Shown here in pieces: positions 10,674 to 18,527 of a stretch of DNA of 33,626 bases (position 1 is its first letter; each line of letters starts with the position of its first letter). A program made the position numbers and the translations under genes. The stretch covers positions 1 through 33,626 of the forward strand of contig JBHPDY010000002.1 of the NCBI GenBank assembly GCA_042577605.1. The letters run 5' to 3'. The DNA is from Candidatus Margulisiibacteriota bacterium (GTDB lineage Bacteria; Margulisbacteria; Marinamargulisbacteria; JBHPDY01). The notes beneath the pieces are model-generated. The model saw only the letters and a list, made by a program, of their open reading frames with translations. It searched no databases and was not told the origin of the DNA.

Positions 10674-11384
10674 CTAAACAACAAAAATCAAAATCAAAGC
10701 AATTACTGCCGAATATATGCTGGTGGTCTCTGTCACAGCCTGGCCAATAAGCATCGTCCTGGTGAGAATAGTCAACTCCCTCGGATTACGACCGACCGCT
10801 AAATTAGCAAACCTGGCCACAGTACCGCTGCCCATACCAGGCCCAATGGCTCCGAATCCCATCGCAATACCCGCACCAAGAGTAGAAAAAATCGCATAAA
10901 TCCCTTGTCCCGGATTAGAAATGATTAAAATCAAAGAAATAGTTAAAGCAAAAATACAAGCTGTCTGTGAAACCGCCTGTCCGATTAACATATGAAAAAT
11001 CAGAATATCCGCATTCCCCGGCTGGCGTCCGACCCCTTCACAAGCAGCACTCCCGGGCAAACCTGCCCCGGCCCCGGAACCGATTGTGCCAAGTCCCATT
11101 GCTAAACCTGCGGCAATGAAACAAAATCCCTTCTCAAATCCAAAATTACCTGCTTTTTGAAAAACTAAAATCAGAGCTACGACCAGAGCAAATATCGAAG
11201 CTGTCTCTGCAACTGCCTGGCCAATAAGCATCAACCGTAAAAGTTTGTTCTTAGCGCGAGGCTGCCTGCCAAGAGCTTCAATTGCCTTGGAAGCAATAAG
11301 CCCTTCACCCACAGCAGAGCCGATAGCTCCTAAGCCCATAGCTAATCCCGCCCCTAATATTGCGCTTATTCTAACAAATTCCAT
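10674..11384 (-). CDS. triplicated (three-hairpin, six-TM) F-type ATP synthase c subunit; the middle hairpin lacks the ion-binding Glu
   Basis: One uninterrupted ORF carrying three c-type hairpins. Each has a Gly-rich helix 1, an R(Q/N)P loop and MLIGQAV-x-(E/Q)-T in helix 2: AVAETASIF, AVSQTACIF, AVTETTSIY. The track starts at TTG 11393. I prefer the ATG at 11384 (MEFVRISAIL). Confidence 0.85.
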   Translation of the reverse strand: MEFVRISAILGAGLAMGLGAIGSAVGEGLIASKAIEALGRQPRAKNKLLRLMLIGQAVAETASIFALVVALILVFQKAGNFGFEKGFCFIAAGLAMGLGTIGSGAGAGLPGSAACEGVGRQPGNADILIFHMLIGQAVSQTACIFALTISLILIISNPGQGIYAIFSTLGAGIAMGFGAIGPGMGSGTVARFANLAVGRNPRELTILTRTMLIGQAVTETTSIYSAVIALILIFVV

Positions 11385-11406
11385 AGTATTCAACTTTTCT
11401 TCATTC

Positions 11407-11470
11407 TTTTAAAGCGCTTCGCACTTTAAAAAACTCAGGAAGATTTTTATTTAAGGGCTGCCGTCCTTAA
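11407..11470 (-). promoter_or_regulatory. two stem-loops in the atpB to c-triple intercistronic spacer
   Basis: TTTTAAAGCGC-TTC-GCACTTTAAAA (11407-11431, one mismatch) and TTAAGGGC-TGCC-GTCCTTAA (11451-11470). The function (mRNA processing or translation tuning) is inferred only. Confidence 0.35.
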
Positions 11471-11503
11471 AAATCCCCAATAAAACAAATTATAATTCTT
11501 TCC

Positions 11504-12358
11504 TCATTTTGCAGTAGCAATATAAGTTATGGCCAGCATAGTAAAAACAAAGGCTTGAATAATACCGGAAAACAAGCCGAAAAAAGCAAATAAACCCACT
11601 GGCAGCAAAAAATATCGTAAAAGCTCTGAAACAATTAAAATAATAATTCCCCCACCAAAAATATTACCAAAAAGACGGAAAGAATGAGACACTACATTAC
11701 TAAGCTGGGAAATAATGTTCAAATAGAAAAAAGGATTCAAAAAGAAAAAATATATCCAAGGCGGCTTGGAAGGTAAGGGCTCCATATAGCCTTTAAAATA
11801 TTCTACGATACCATTACACCGAACAGCATTGCTGTGGGCCACTAAAAATACAATTATAGCCACGGCAAAATTCGTACCTAAATGTCTGGTGGGAGAATTA
11901 ATTGCCGGGATTTTAAACAGAAAGTAATACCAGCTTTGAGGATCAGGAACTACAAAAACGTTTGTAACGCTTTCTGCTACAACCTCAACTGTCCCAGGTA
12001 CAATTAATTTATGTAATAAGGCTATTATCACGCCCAGGAACTCACATAAATTCGGTACGATCCCTATCCAGTTTGATAGAAGCACAAAAAGAAAAATTGT
12101 TATTATCAAAGGAGAGAACTTTTTACCTTCTTTTTCGCCCAGGGTGCTTACGGTAATATCGTTAACAAAATATAGGATCAGCTCAAAAAAACCCTGAAGT
12201 TTTCCGGGTACTGAAGATAATTTCCTTGTTGATAAGAAACCAAATAGAACCAGAAGAGAAGCCACCAGGAAGGTCATATAGAACATCTCAAGATTTACTA
12301 TGATTTCAAGCCCAAATAACTGAAAAGATTTTAAAGCTACAACGCCGATATCTTCCAA
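11504..12358 (-). CDS. atpB: Fo ATP synthase subunit a
   Basis: 284 aa, polytopic. Carries the conserved stator Arg context SHSFRLFGNIFGG. Canonical position upstream of the c genes. Confidence 0.9.
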   Translation of the reverse strand: MEDIGVVALKSFQLFGLEIIVNLEMFYMTFLVASLLVLFGFLSTRKLSSVPGKLQGFFELILYFVNDITVSTLGEKEGKKFSPLIITIFLFVLLSNWIGIVPNLCEFLGVIIALLHKLIVPGTVEVVAESVTNVFVVPDPQSWYYFLFKIPAINSPTRHLGTNFAVAIIVFLVAHSNAVRCNGIVEYFKGYMEPLPSKPPWIYFFFLNPFFYLNIISQLSNVVSHSFRLFGNIFGGGIIILIVSELLRYFLLPVGLFAFFGLFSGIIQAFVFTMLAITYIATAK

Positions 12359-12362
12359 TGTT

Positions 12363-12755
12363 CTATGCCCTCTTTTTATTTTTCTTTATGCCACGTAACA
12401 AAGAAATAGCAATAAAACCTGCTTGAAAAACAAATAAGAATATCAGAAGCACAGTCATATTAAAAGAGGATTCCAGCTTTAATGCAAGTATAACTGGCGC
12501 CGCATATAAAATTATCCTGATAAGAAAATTCACAAACACAGGCTTCAGGCTTCTGCCGCTCAATACGCTTTCAGAAACCCTCTGCATATTAACAGCTACA
12601 AAATAACTGAAAACTGCTCCTAATATACTTGACCACACAAAATCCATTCTTCCGATCAATATAGAGAAAATATTAAATACTATTAAAAATAGAAAAATAT
12701 ATTTAATTAAAACACTATTCAACAATAATATGTTCCTACTTTTTAGTATTTTCAT
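12363..12755 (-). CDS. AtpI-like small membrane protein (ATP synthase protein I family, by position and topology)
   Basis: 130 aa with about 4 hydrophobic segments, immediately upstream of atpB. There are no diagnostic motifs, so the call rests on size, hydrophobicity and operon context. Confidence 0.5.
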   Translation of the reverse strand: MKILKSRNILLLNSVLIKYIFLFLIVFNIFSILIGRMDFVWSSILGAVFSYFVAVNMQRVSESVLSGRSLKPVFVNFLIRIILYAAPVILALKLESSFNMTVLLIFLFVFQAGFIAISLLRGIKKNKKRA

Positions 12756-12993
12756 TGTTTAACATCAGCATTTTCTTCAAAGAAAAATAAATATAATAAA
12801 AACCGCAAATAATCCCGGCAATTATCATAAAAATAAGAAAAACACCCTTTAATTGAAATTTTTTCTCAACAAACAGGCCTATGAAAAAAAAGAATAAAAT
12901 AGAACCTGCCATCACTAAGCCAATTCTAGTGACTAACATGAAATAATCCGCTAATTCCTTTTTAAACTTTTGCTGGTCCGGTTGTTTGTTCAT
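12736..12993 (-). CDS. AtpZ/ATPase_gene1-like small membrane protein
   Basis: 85 aa with two TM helices (LVMAGSILFFFFIGLFVEKKF / VFLIFMIIAGIICGFYYIYF). It is the first gene of the atp operon and overlaps the next ORF by 20 nt. Call from context and topology only. Confidence 0.45.
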   Translation of the reverse strand: MNKQPDQQKFKKELADYFMLVTRIGLVMAGSILFFFFIGLFVEKKFQLKGVFLIFMIIAGIICGFYYIYFSLKKMLMLNNENTKK

Positions 12994-13008
12994 AAATTGT
13001 TCTACCTT

Positions 13009-13749
13009 TTAGGGCTTTACACTCAATAATCCGGTAAAATTATACCATTTAAAAAACGGTTCTACGATACTAAAACCAGCTTCTTTCAAAAGGCTGATAT
13101 TATCTGATAATTTCAAAGGCACCAGCACATTTTCCAATGAACGCTCCTTATTAAGGATTTCATTTTCCGAGTACCCGTTCTCTCTTTTTTTATTAAAATA
13201 CTCTCTCCTAAAGAAATCGTTCATTGCCTCACTCTCAGCTTGAACCTTCTCCACCAGAACTATACACCCCTGTCTATTTAGGCCTTTAAAAACCGTTTTC
13301 AGCACATCCAGTCTCTTCCCAGGGGCAACAAATTGTAGGCAAAGGTTCAGTACCACAATACTGGCATTTTCAATTTCCAAAAATTCTGCCAGGTCTTTAT
13401 GCAGAAAAGAAATATTTTTGTCCGGGCTAAAACCATGTAATTTTTTTTGTGCCTTTTTAATCATAGGCAAACTATTATCAACACCGATAAAATTAATATC
13501 CGGCTGCTCCAAAACCTCTGCCAGTTTGACAATGGTGGTCCCGGTTGAGCAGCCTAGGTCATAAATATTGGTTCCGCTTCTGGCAAATTGCCTGGCAATA
13601 GCGCATATCATATTTTGGATTTCATTATAAAAGGGTACACTACGCTCTAGCATGTTTTCAAAGACACCTGCAACCTCGCTATTAAACGAAAACTTTTTTA
13701 ACGCTGATACAGGATCCTCAAAAATCCTATCTTTCATTATCTCTCCCAT
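13009..13749 (-). CDS. cmoA: carboxy-S-adenosyl-L-methionine synthase (CmoA-type SAM-dependent enzyme)
   Basis: 246 aa, collinear by eye with E. coli CmoA: F..VA.VF..M..RSVP.Y, SAM motif I IYDLGCSTGTT, IENASIVVLNLCLQF, RENGYSENEILNKERSLENVL, and a C-terminal NFTGLL. Confidence 0.75.
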   Translation of the reverse strand: MGEIMKDRIFEDPVSALKKFSFNSEVAGVFENMLERSVPFYNEIQNMICAIARQFARSGTNIYDLGCSTGTTIVKLAEVLEQPDINFIGVDNSLPMIKKAQKKLHGFSPDKNISFLHKDLAEFLEIENASIVVLNLCLQFVAPGKRLDVLKTVFKGLNRQGCIVLVEKVQAESEAMNDFFRREYFNKKRENGYSENEILNKERSLENVLVPLKLSDNISLLKEAGFSIVEPFFKWYNFTGLLSVKP

Positions 13750-13792
13750 TCCTCATTCCCCATTTCACTAATGGCAGTAAGTCTCAATAACC

Positions 13793-13898
13793 GTAGGTAT
13801 TCAATTTTGAGGTAAGTTCAGTCAAATCACGTCAGGAGTTTACTCCTCATAAATGACCAGAGCGATTTGGCTGAAATTGCCCAAAAGTGAATACTTAC
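13793..13898. repeat. 106-nt imperfect inverted repeat (long hairpin) in the cmoA / M16 divergent intergenic region
   Basis: The left arm 13793-13830 and the reverse complement of 13861-13898 match at about 32 of 38 positions with one 1-nt bulge. The apex contains AGGAGT-TT-ACTCCT (13834-13847). Confidence 0.7.
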
Positions 13899-13937
13899 AT
13901 CTTTAATTTTATCTCCATACATCTTAAAATGTAACTT

Positions 13938-16565
13938 GTGTTAAAATTTAGAATAAGATTATACCATTATAAACTCTGCTTTGTTTGCATTTTTTTAATT
14001 ATAAGCTTTTTATTTAATAAATCTCTTATGTCCAAACCTAACTTAACTGAATACACTCTTAATAACGGGCTAAAGATCTTTCTAGTTAACGATCCCTCTG
14101 CTTCTTTAATTTCACTACGCGCATTTGTAAAGACCGGTTCCATAAATGAAAAAACATTCCTTGGATCTGGCATATCTCATTACTTGGAACATGTTGTCTC
14201 AGGAGGATCCACCTCAAAAAGAACAGAAACTGAATACAAAACAGCTATCTCCTTAATCGGCGGCGCAATGAATGCTTATACAACTACTGACCACACCTGT
14301 TATTACATAAATACAACACCAAAGCATACCCCGGAAGCTATTTCGCTTCTCTATGAATGGCTATTTCTTTGTTCTTTTAATAAAAATGAAGCTGATAGAG
14401 AGAAAAAGGTAATTATCAAAGAAATTGAAAAGAACGACGCCAACCTTGACAGACAGTTTTACAACCTATGCCAGAATAATTTCTATAAATACCATCCATT
14501 AAGATTGCCTGTCATTGGTTGTCTGAATAACTTTCAAGCTTTAACAAGAGCAGACCTGATTTCTTATTATAAAAACAAGTACACACCCTCTAATATGGTC
14601 CTGATCATCGGAGGGAACTTTAAGGAAAAAAATGTACTACAAAAAATAAAAAATACGTTCGGGAACATCCCAAAATATGCTCCGCCACTCACCACCCTCT
14701 CTTTTGAACCGCCTCCCTTTTCAACCCGTTTTGTACAAAAAGAAACCACAACTAACGTTACTAATTTCAGCATAAGGTTTGCCACTGTAGACCTCTTCTC
14801 CCCGAACTTATATCCTTTAGATCTTCTGGACTTTATCCTGGGCAATGGCGATGAATCATTGTTATACAAAGCCCTGGTCGAAGATCATAAACTGGCTTAC
14901 AACATCAGCTGCGCCTCATACACTCCGATCGAAACCACTGGCTACTTTGACATATCAATGGAAATAAACTACGAAAATCTGGAGGAAGCCAAAAACAAAG
15001 TATTCGAAATCCTGAACAATATTAAAAAAGGGAACTTTGATAAGAATTTCATTGAAAGGGCAAAAAAACAAAAACTGGCAGAAGATATTTTTTCCATCAG
15101 CACCATAGAAGACAAAGTAAACAGGATAGGTCAATCTTATGTCTATACTTATACTCCTGACTTTTTTGAACGCTATGTTGAATCTTTTAAAAAAATATCT
15201 AAGGAACATATCATAAAAGCTGCCCAAACATATTTTGAATTCAACAAAGCAGTTCTTACAGCTTTAATCCCGAAAGGGACAAAGAAAACCTCCACTCTAA
15301 CCTCCGGTTCCGCCGGGAACATGTCCCAAAAACCTAAGAAAATCGAATTGGCCAATGGCATTAAAGTGCTTCTATACAAAGAAGAATCGCTGCCTAGGGT
15401 CCACGCAAAAATATTTCTTTTAGGCGGTCTGAGGGCTGAATCAACCGCTAACAATGGTATCGGCCATTTAACAGCCGAGCTATTAGGTAAAGGATCTGAG
15501 GAATACACCAAGGATTACATCCAGAAAACCATTGAAGACAGAGGAGCAAGTCTATATGCCACCCTGGGAAATAATACAATATTTTATAACCTGGACTGCC
15601 TCTCCGAAGATTTGTCTGATCTGCTCCCTATTTTCTTCCATTCGTTCCAAAAACCGAAGTTTCAGACTGAGGATCTAAATGAAATAAAAAGAAAAACCTA
15701 CCAATGGATAAAACAAAGAAAAGACGACTGGTACTCATATTGCAAATATCATTTCCATAAAGCATTTTTTGGTGCACATCCCTTTGCGTTATCTCCAATC
15801 GGTGAGGTAGAAAGCATAAAAACAATTACCCTAAAAGATATTTATGCCTATCATCAAAAACTCTTCAATACCAATGATATGGTAATAAGCATCTTTGGCA
15901 AATTTGATGAAAAAAAAGTTCTTAAGATCATTAAATGGCAATTAGGATCCCTAAAAAAGACTGCTAAAGGACATAAATTCCTGAAGCCAATGGCCAGAAA
16001 ATTACACACTAAACCAAAAAGCAGCCTTTTAAATATCCCTCAAAATGTAGCCTCTGTTTTTGTTGCCTTTGACGGAGAATCTTTTTCCAATGTTAATGAA
16101 GGGCTGAAGCTCGACCTTCTGGACTCTGTGCTCTCCGGAATGAACTATCCGGCAGGACGCCTGCATAATATATTGAGAGAAAAAGGGCTTGTCTATCTAG
16201 TACATGGCGTCAATCAGTTGGGCTTAGAAAATGGTTATTATTTTATCTATGCCTTAACAAGCAAAGATAAAGCTGAAACAGTCAAAAACATAATCATTGA
16301 AGAGATCGATAAATTAAAAACATCTTATATAAATGACACAGAATTCAAACAAGCTCTTGCGCAATTAAATTTTTATAATAAAGATAGGATCAGCGCTATT
16401 GATTCACTAGCCATTATATCCTCTGCAGACGAGCTTTATAACCGAGGTTACGATCATTACCTTAAAACTCAGAAACTCACCCAAAATCTTTCAAAAGACG
16501 ATGTCCTGCAAACAGCCCAAAAATATCTCATTAATCCTCAGATATATATTTTTCAGAATAAATAA
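13938..16565 (+). CDS. tandem M16 (pitrilysin-family) zinc peptidase, secreted or membrane-anchored
   Basis: 875 aa. Inverted zincin motif HYLEH (GISHYLEHVVSGG) in the first half, and a second M16-like half without an intact HxxEH (GHLTAELLGKG). The hydrophobic N-terminus (CFVCIFLIISFLF) looks like a signal or anchor. The GTG start at 13938 is uncertain. Confidence 0.85.
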   Translation: MLKFRIRLYHYKLCFVCIFLIISFLFNKSLMSKPNLTEYTLNNGLKIFLVNDPSASLISLRAFVKTGSINEKTFLGSGISHYLEHVVSGGSTSKRTETEYKTAISLIGGAMNAYTTTDHTCYYINTTPKHTPEAISLLYEWLFLCSFNKNEADREKKVIIKEIEKNDANLDRQFYNLCQNNFYKYHPLRLPVIGCLNNFQALTRADLISYYKNKYTPSNMVLIIGGNFKEKNVLQKIKNTFGNIPKYAPPLTTLSFEPPPFSTRFVQKETTTNVTNFSIRFATVDLFSPNLYPLDLLDFILGNGDESLLYKALVEDHKLAYNISCASYTPIETTGYFDISMEINYENLEEAKNKVFEILNNIKKGNFDKNFIERAKKQKLAEDIFSISTIEDKVNRIGQSYVYTYTPDFFERYVESFKKISKEHIIKAAQTYFEFNKAVLTALIPKGTKKTSTLTSGSAGNMSQKPKKIELANGIKVLLYKEESLPRVHAKIFLLGGLRAESTANNGIGHLTAELLGKGSEEYTKDYIQKTIEDRGASLYATLGNNTIFYNLDCLSEDLSDLLPIFFHSFQKPKFQTEDLNEIKRKTYQWIKQRKDDWYSYCKYHFHKAFFGAHPFALSPIGEVESIKTITLKDIYAYHQKLFNTNDMVISIFGKFDEKKVLKIIKWQLGSLKKTAKGHKFLKPMARKLHTKPKSSLLNIPQNVASVFVAFDGESFSNVNEGLKLDLLDSVLSGMNYPAGRLHNILREKGLVYLVHGVNQLGLENGYYFIYALTSKDKAETVKNIIIEEIDKLKTSYINDTEFKQALAQLNFYNKDRISAIDSLAIISSADELYNRGYDHYLKTQKLTQNLSKDDVLQTAQKYLINPQIYIFQNK

Positions 16566-16757
16566 ACTAATTTAACCTGAGTTTTGGATAGGGCACACAA
16601 AGAAATGTTCATATTAAACCTAATTTAGCTAGATAGTAGTGAAATATCTTAATAATATTTGTGCTATTTTTGAGATTTTGGAGCGTGCTAGCTAGTTAAA
16701 TTAGGTTTAATATGAACATTTAGACTGTGGCTTATCCAAAACTCAGGTTAGTTTATT
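16561..16757. repeat. about 197-nt long inverted repeat spanning both stop codons of two convergent genes (MITE-like element or giant bidirectional hairpin)
   Basis: Perfect pairings: 16561-16570 with 16748-16757 (10 bp), 16575-16590 with 16732-16747 (16 bp), and 16603-16627 with 16696-16720 (25 bp). A partly matched 12-nt internal segment separates the 16-bp and 25-bp stems. The central loop is about 55 nt. Confidence 0.85.
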
Positions 16758-17161
16758 GAATCAATTTTTTTTTTACACTTAACCATTTCAGCAATATCCT
16801 GGAATGATGTGGTTCTGATTATGTCCTTATTAAATGATGTCCTTAATTTAACAATCTTTTTCTTTTTAACTAGTTTTTGCATATTCACAAATGCCGGTTG
16901 TATTAAAACAGGTGCTTTCATAAGCCTTTTTTTCTTCCCTTTAACCAATCCTCCCGCTATTTCTTGAAAGGACTTTTTATGATTCTTTTTACTTTTGCTC
17001 GAAACATTTTGTTTGTTTTTTGCAGTATAATAATTATTTTGTCCATTTTCCTTTGTAACCGATTGAAACTGAGATGCCTTCTCATACCAAAAGCATCCGT
17101 CTTCTGCATTTACAGGTATAGCTAGCACATAAAATATTAAAACTATTAATAATCGTTTCAT
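16748..17161 (-). CDS. hypothetical secreted, very basic protein
   Basis: 137 aa with a signal-peptide-like N-terminus MKRLLIVLIFYVLAIPVNA-ED. Lys-rich (KKNHKK, KGKKKR, VKKKKIVK). AT-rich. No family motif. Confidence 0.5.
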   Translation of the reverse strand: MKRLLIVLIFYVLAIPVNAEDGCFWYEKASQFQSVTKENGQNNYYTAKNKQNVSSKSKKNHKKSFQEIAGGLVKGKKKRLMKAPVLIQPAFVNMQKLVKKKKIVKLRTSFNKDIIRTTSFQDIAEMVKCKKKIDSIN

Positions 17162-17321
17162 AAGATCCTAAAAAATCTTTTTTTAAAATCCCTTCAAGTA
17201 TCGACCAAACCACAAAAAATCATCTCACATTAACTACAGGTTTTTTTTCACCGGTTTAAGTCTAGTATTAGTTTATTATAGGATTATTAGCTTTGCTTTA
17301 AAATTCAGCAAGTTTTTAAGA

Positions 17322-17690
17322 TTAAAAAAAATTCTTCATATGGGTAATTACTAAGCTGTTACGAACAACAATCAGATCAAATCTCAAAGAAACCTTATCA
17401 AAACCTTTGGCAATCAGATAAGATTCGGCTGTCTTCTCCATTCTGTCAATTTTCTTTTGGGTTATGCTTTCCAAAGGATGGATAAAACTATTTCTCTTAT
17501 AGGTCTTCACTTCAACAAAAACGATTTCATCCGGTTTTTCCTGCACGATCAAATCAATTTCCCCATACCTGGAATGAAAATTCCGTGCCAGGATTTGAAA
17601 TCCTTTTTTAATTAAATATTTAGCAGCCGCTTCTTCTCCCATCCGGCCTTTTTGTTGGATATTGGTTTGTCTTTCTTTGTTTTTTTCCAT
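17322..17690 (-). CDS. yraN: YraN-family (UPF0102) endonuclease-like protein
   Basis: 122 aa: GEEAAAKYLIKKGFQILARNFHSRYGEIDLIV...IVFVEVKT. This is the classic YraN signature, in the usual position downstream of rnhB. Confidence 0.85.
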   Translation of the reverse strand: MEKNKERQTNIQQKGRMGEEAAAKYLIKKGFQILARNFHSRYGEIDLIVQEKPDEIVFVEVKTYKRNSFIHPLESITQKKIDRMEKTAESYLIAKGFDKVSLRFDLIVVRNSLVITHMKNFF

Positions 17691-17797
17691 TTCTCATTTC
17701 CAATCAATTAGTTGGGAATTATGCGTGTTATTGTTAGATTCTAGCTTTGATTAGATTTCTTTCGATGCATTCCTTAATTTTTCGAAACAACGCCTTG

Positions 17798-17854
17798 TCT
17801 ACCGTCCCTCTCTTTTAAGAGAGGGAACGAGGGTGAGTTTCATTTCCCATTTCC
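17798..17854. repeat. intergenic repeat family 'C', copy 1 (core 57 nt)
   Basis: TCTACCGTCCCTCTCTTTTAAGAGAGGGAACGAGGGTGAGTTTCATTTCCCATTTCC is identical at 55 of 57 positions to 27528-27584. It contains an 8-bp hairpin CCCTCTCT-TTTA-AGAGAGGG. Weaker similarity extends on both sides (about 17781-17880). Confidence 0.9.
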
Positions 17855-17882
17855 GGTTCTCTCCGTTCTTTTCCTAAAGAGC

Positions 17883-17924
17883 CTGTCGCGAAATGCCAGA
17901 AAGATTTATGGCATTTCGCGACAG
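17883..17924 (-). terminator. perfect 16-bp stem-loop 4 nt downstream of the rnhB stop (same hairpin family as 4896-4962)
   Basis: CTGTCGCGAAATGCCA (17883-17898) and TGGCATTTCGCGACAG (17909-17924) are exact reverse complements with a 10-nt loop. There is no clear U-run afterwards, so terminator function is uncertain. Confidence 0.45.
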
Positions 17925-17928
17925 ACTC

Positions 17929-18501
17929 CTAAAACAATCTCTGCTGCTGCGTAAGATTAAAACTCTTCCTATGGATATCCGATGCACCATACTGAAAAAT
18001 ACTTTGATAATGCTCGGCTGTACCATACCCGCTATTACTTATAAAATTATATTGCGGGTATTTAACATGATAATCCCTCATTATTTTATCTCTCGTCTGC
18101 TTGGCAATAATAGAAGCAGCGGAAATTTCAGGAATGCTTTGGTCTCCCCTAATAATTGTACGGATTTTATAATCTGGTAAATCCGGCGCCCGGTCCCCAT
18201 CAATTAATACCTCATCCGGCCTTATCCCCAAAGCCGTAACAGCTTTCTGCATTGATAGCAGTGATGCCTGTAGAATATTTACTTGATCAATTACCGTCTC
18301 CCCCACAATCCCTAAACCAACATATGCAGAACCTTTCATCAAGATTTCATAAAGTTCTTGCCTTTTTTCTTTTGACAATGTTTTTGAATCTTTAAAAATA
18401 CTGGGATCTATCTCACCGAAAAAAACCACAGCCGCACTAACAACCGGCCCTGCCAATGCTCCCCGCCCGGCCTCGTCAACACCAGCTATTTTCAAAGACA
18501 T
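17929..18501 (-). CDS. rnhB: ribonuclease HII
   Basis: 190 aa: AGVDEAGRGALAGPVVSAAV and DSKTLS, then IIRGDQSIPEISAASIIAK. This is the RNase HII catalytic signature. Confidence 0.93.
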   Translation of the reverse strand: MSLKIAGVDEAGRGALAGPVVSAAVVFFGEIDPSIFKDSKTLSKEKRQELYEILMKGSAYVGLGIVGETVIDQVNILQASLLSMQKAVTALGIRPDEVLIDGDRAPDLPDYKIRTIIRGDQSIPEISAASIIAKQTRDKIMRDYHVKYPQYNFISNSGYGTAEHYQSIFQYGASDIHRKSFNLTQQQRLF

Positions 18502-18527
18502 TTATGTGATAAAAAATATCAAAATAA

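Noticed and set aside
13793-13898. Long hairpin of SRP (4.5S) RNA size, containing GUCAGG
   Set aside because: On neither strand is there a GNRA-type apical tetraloop with the flanking conserved GGAA/AGCA loop nucleotides of SRP domain IV. The apex is AGGAGU-UU-ACUCCU.
16561-16757. 6S-RNA-like architecture (closing stem, internal loop, terminal stem) or a plain intrinsic terminator
   Set aside because: The 'bubble' is partly paired. The stems are perfect for up to 25 bp, which is atypical for 6S. The outer arms overlap two coding-region ends. The element is also far larger than an intrinsic terminator. It is kept as an unexplained inverted repeat instead.
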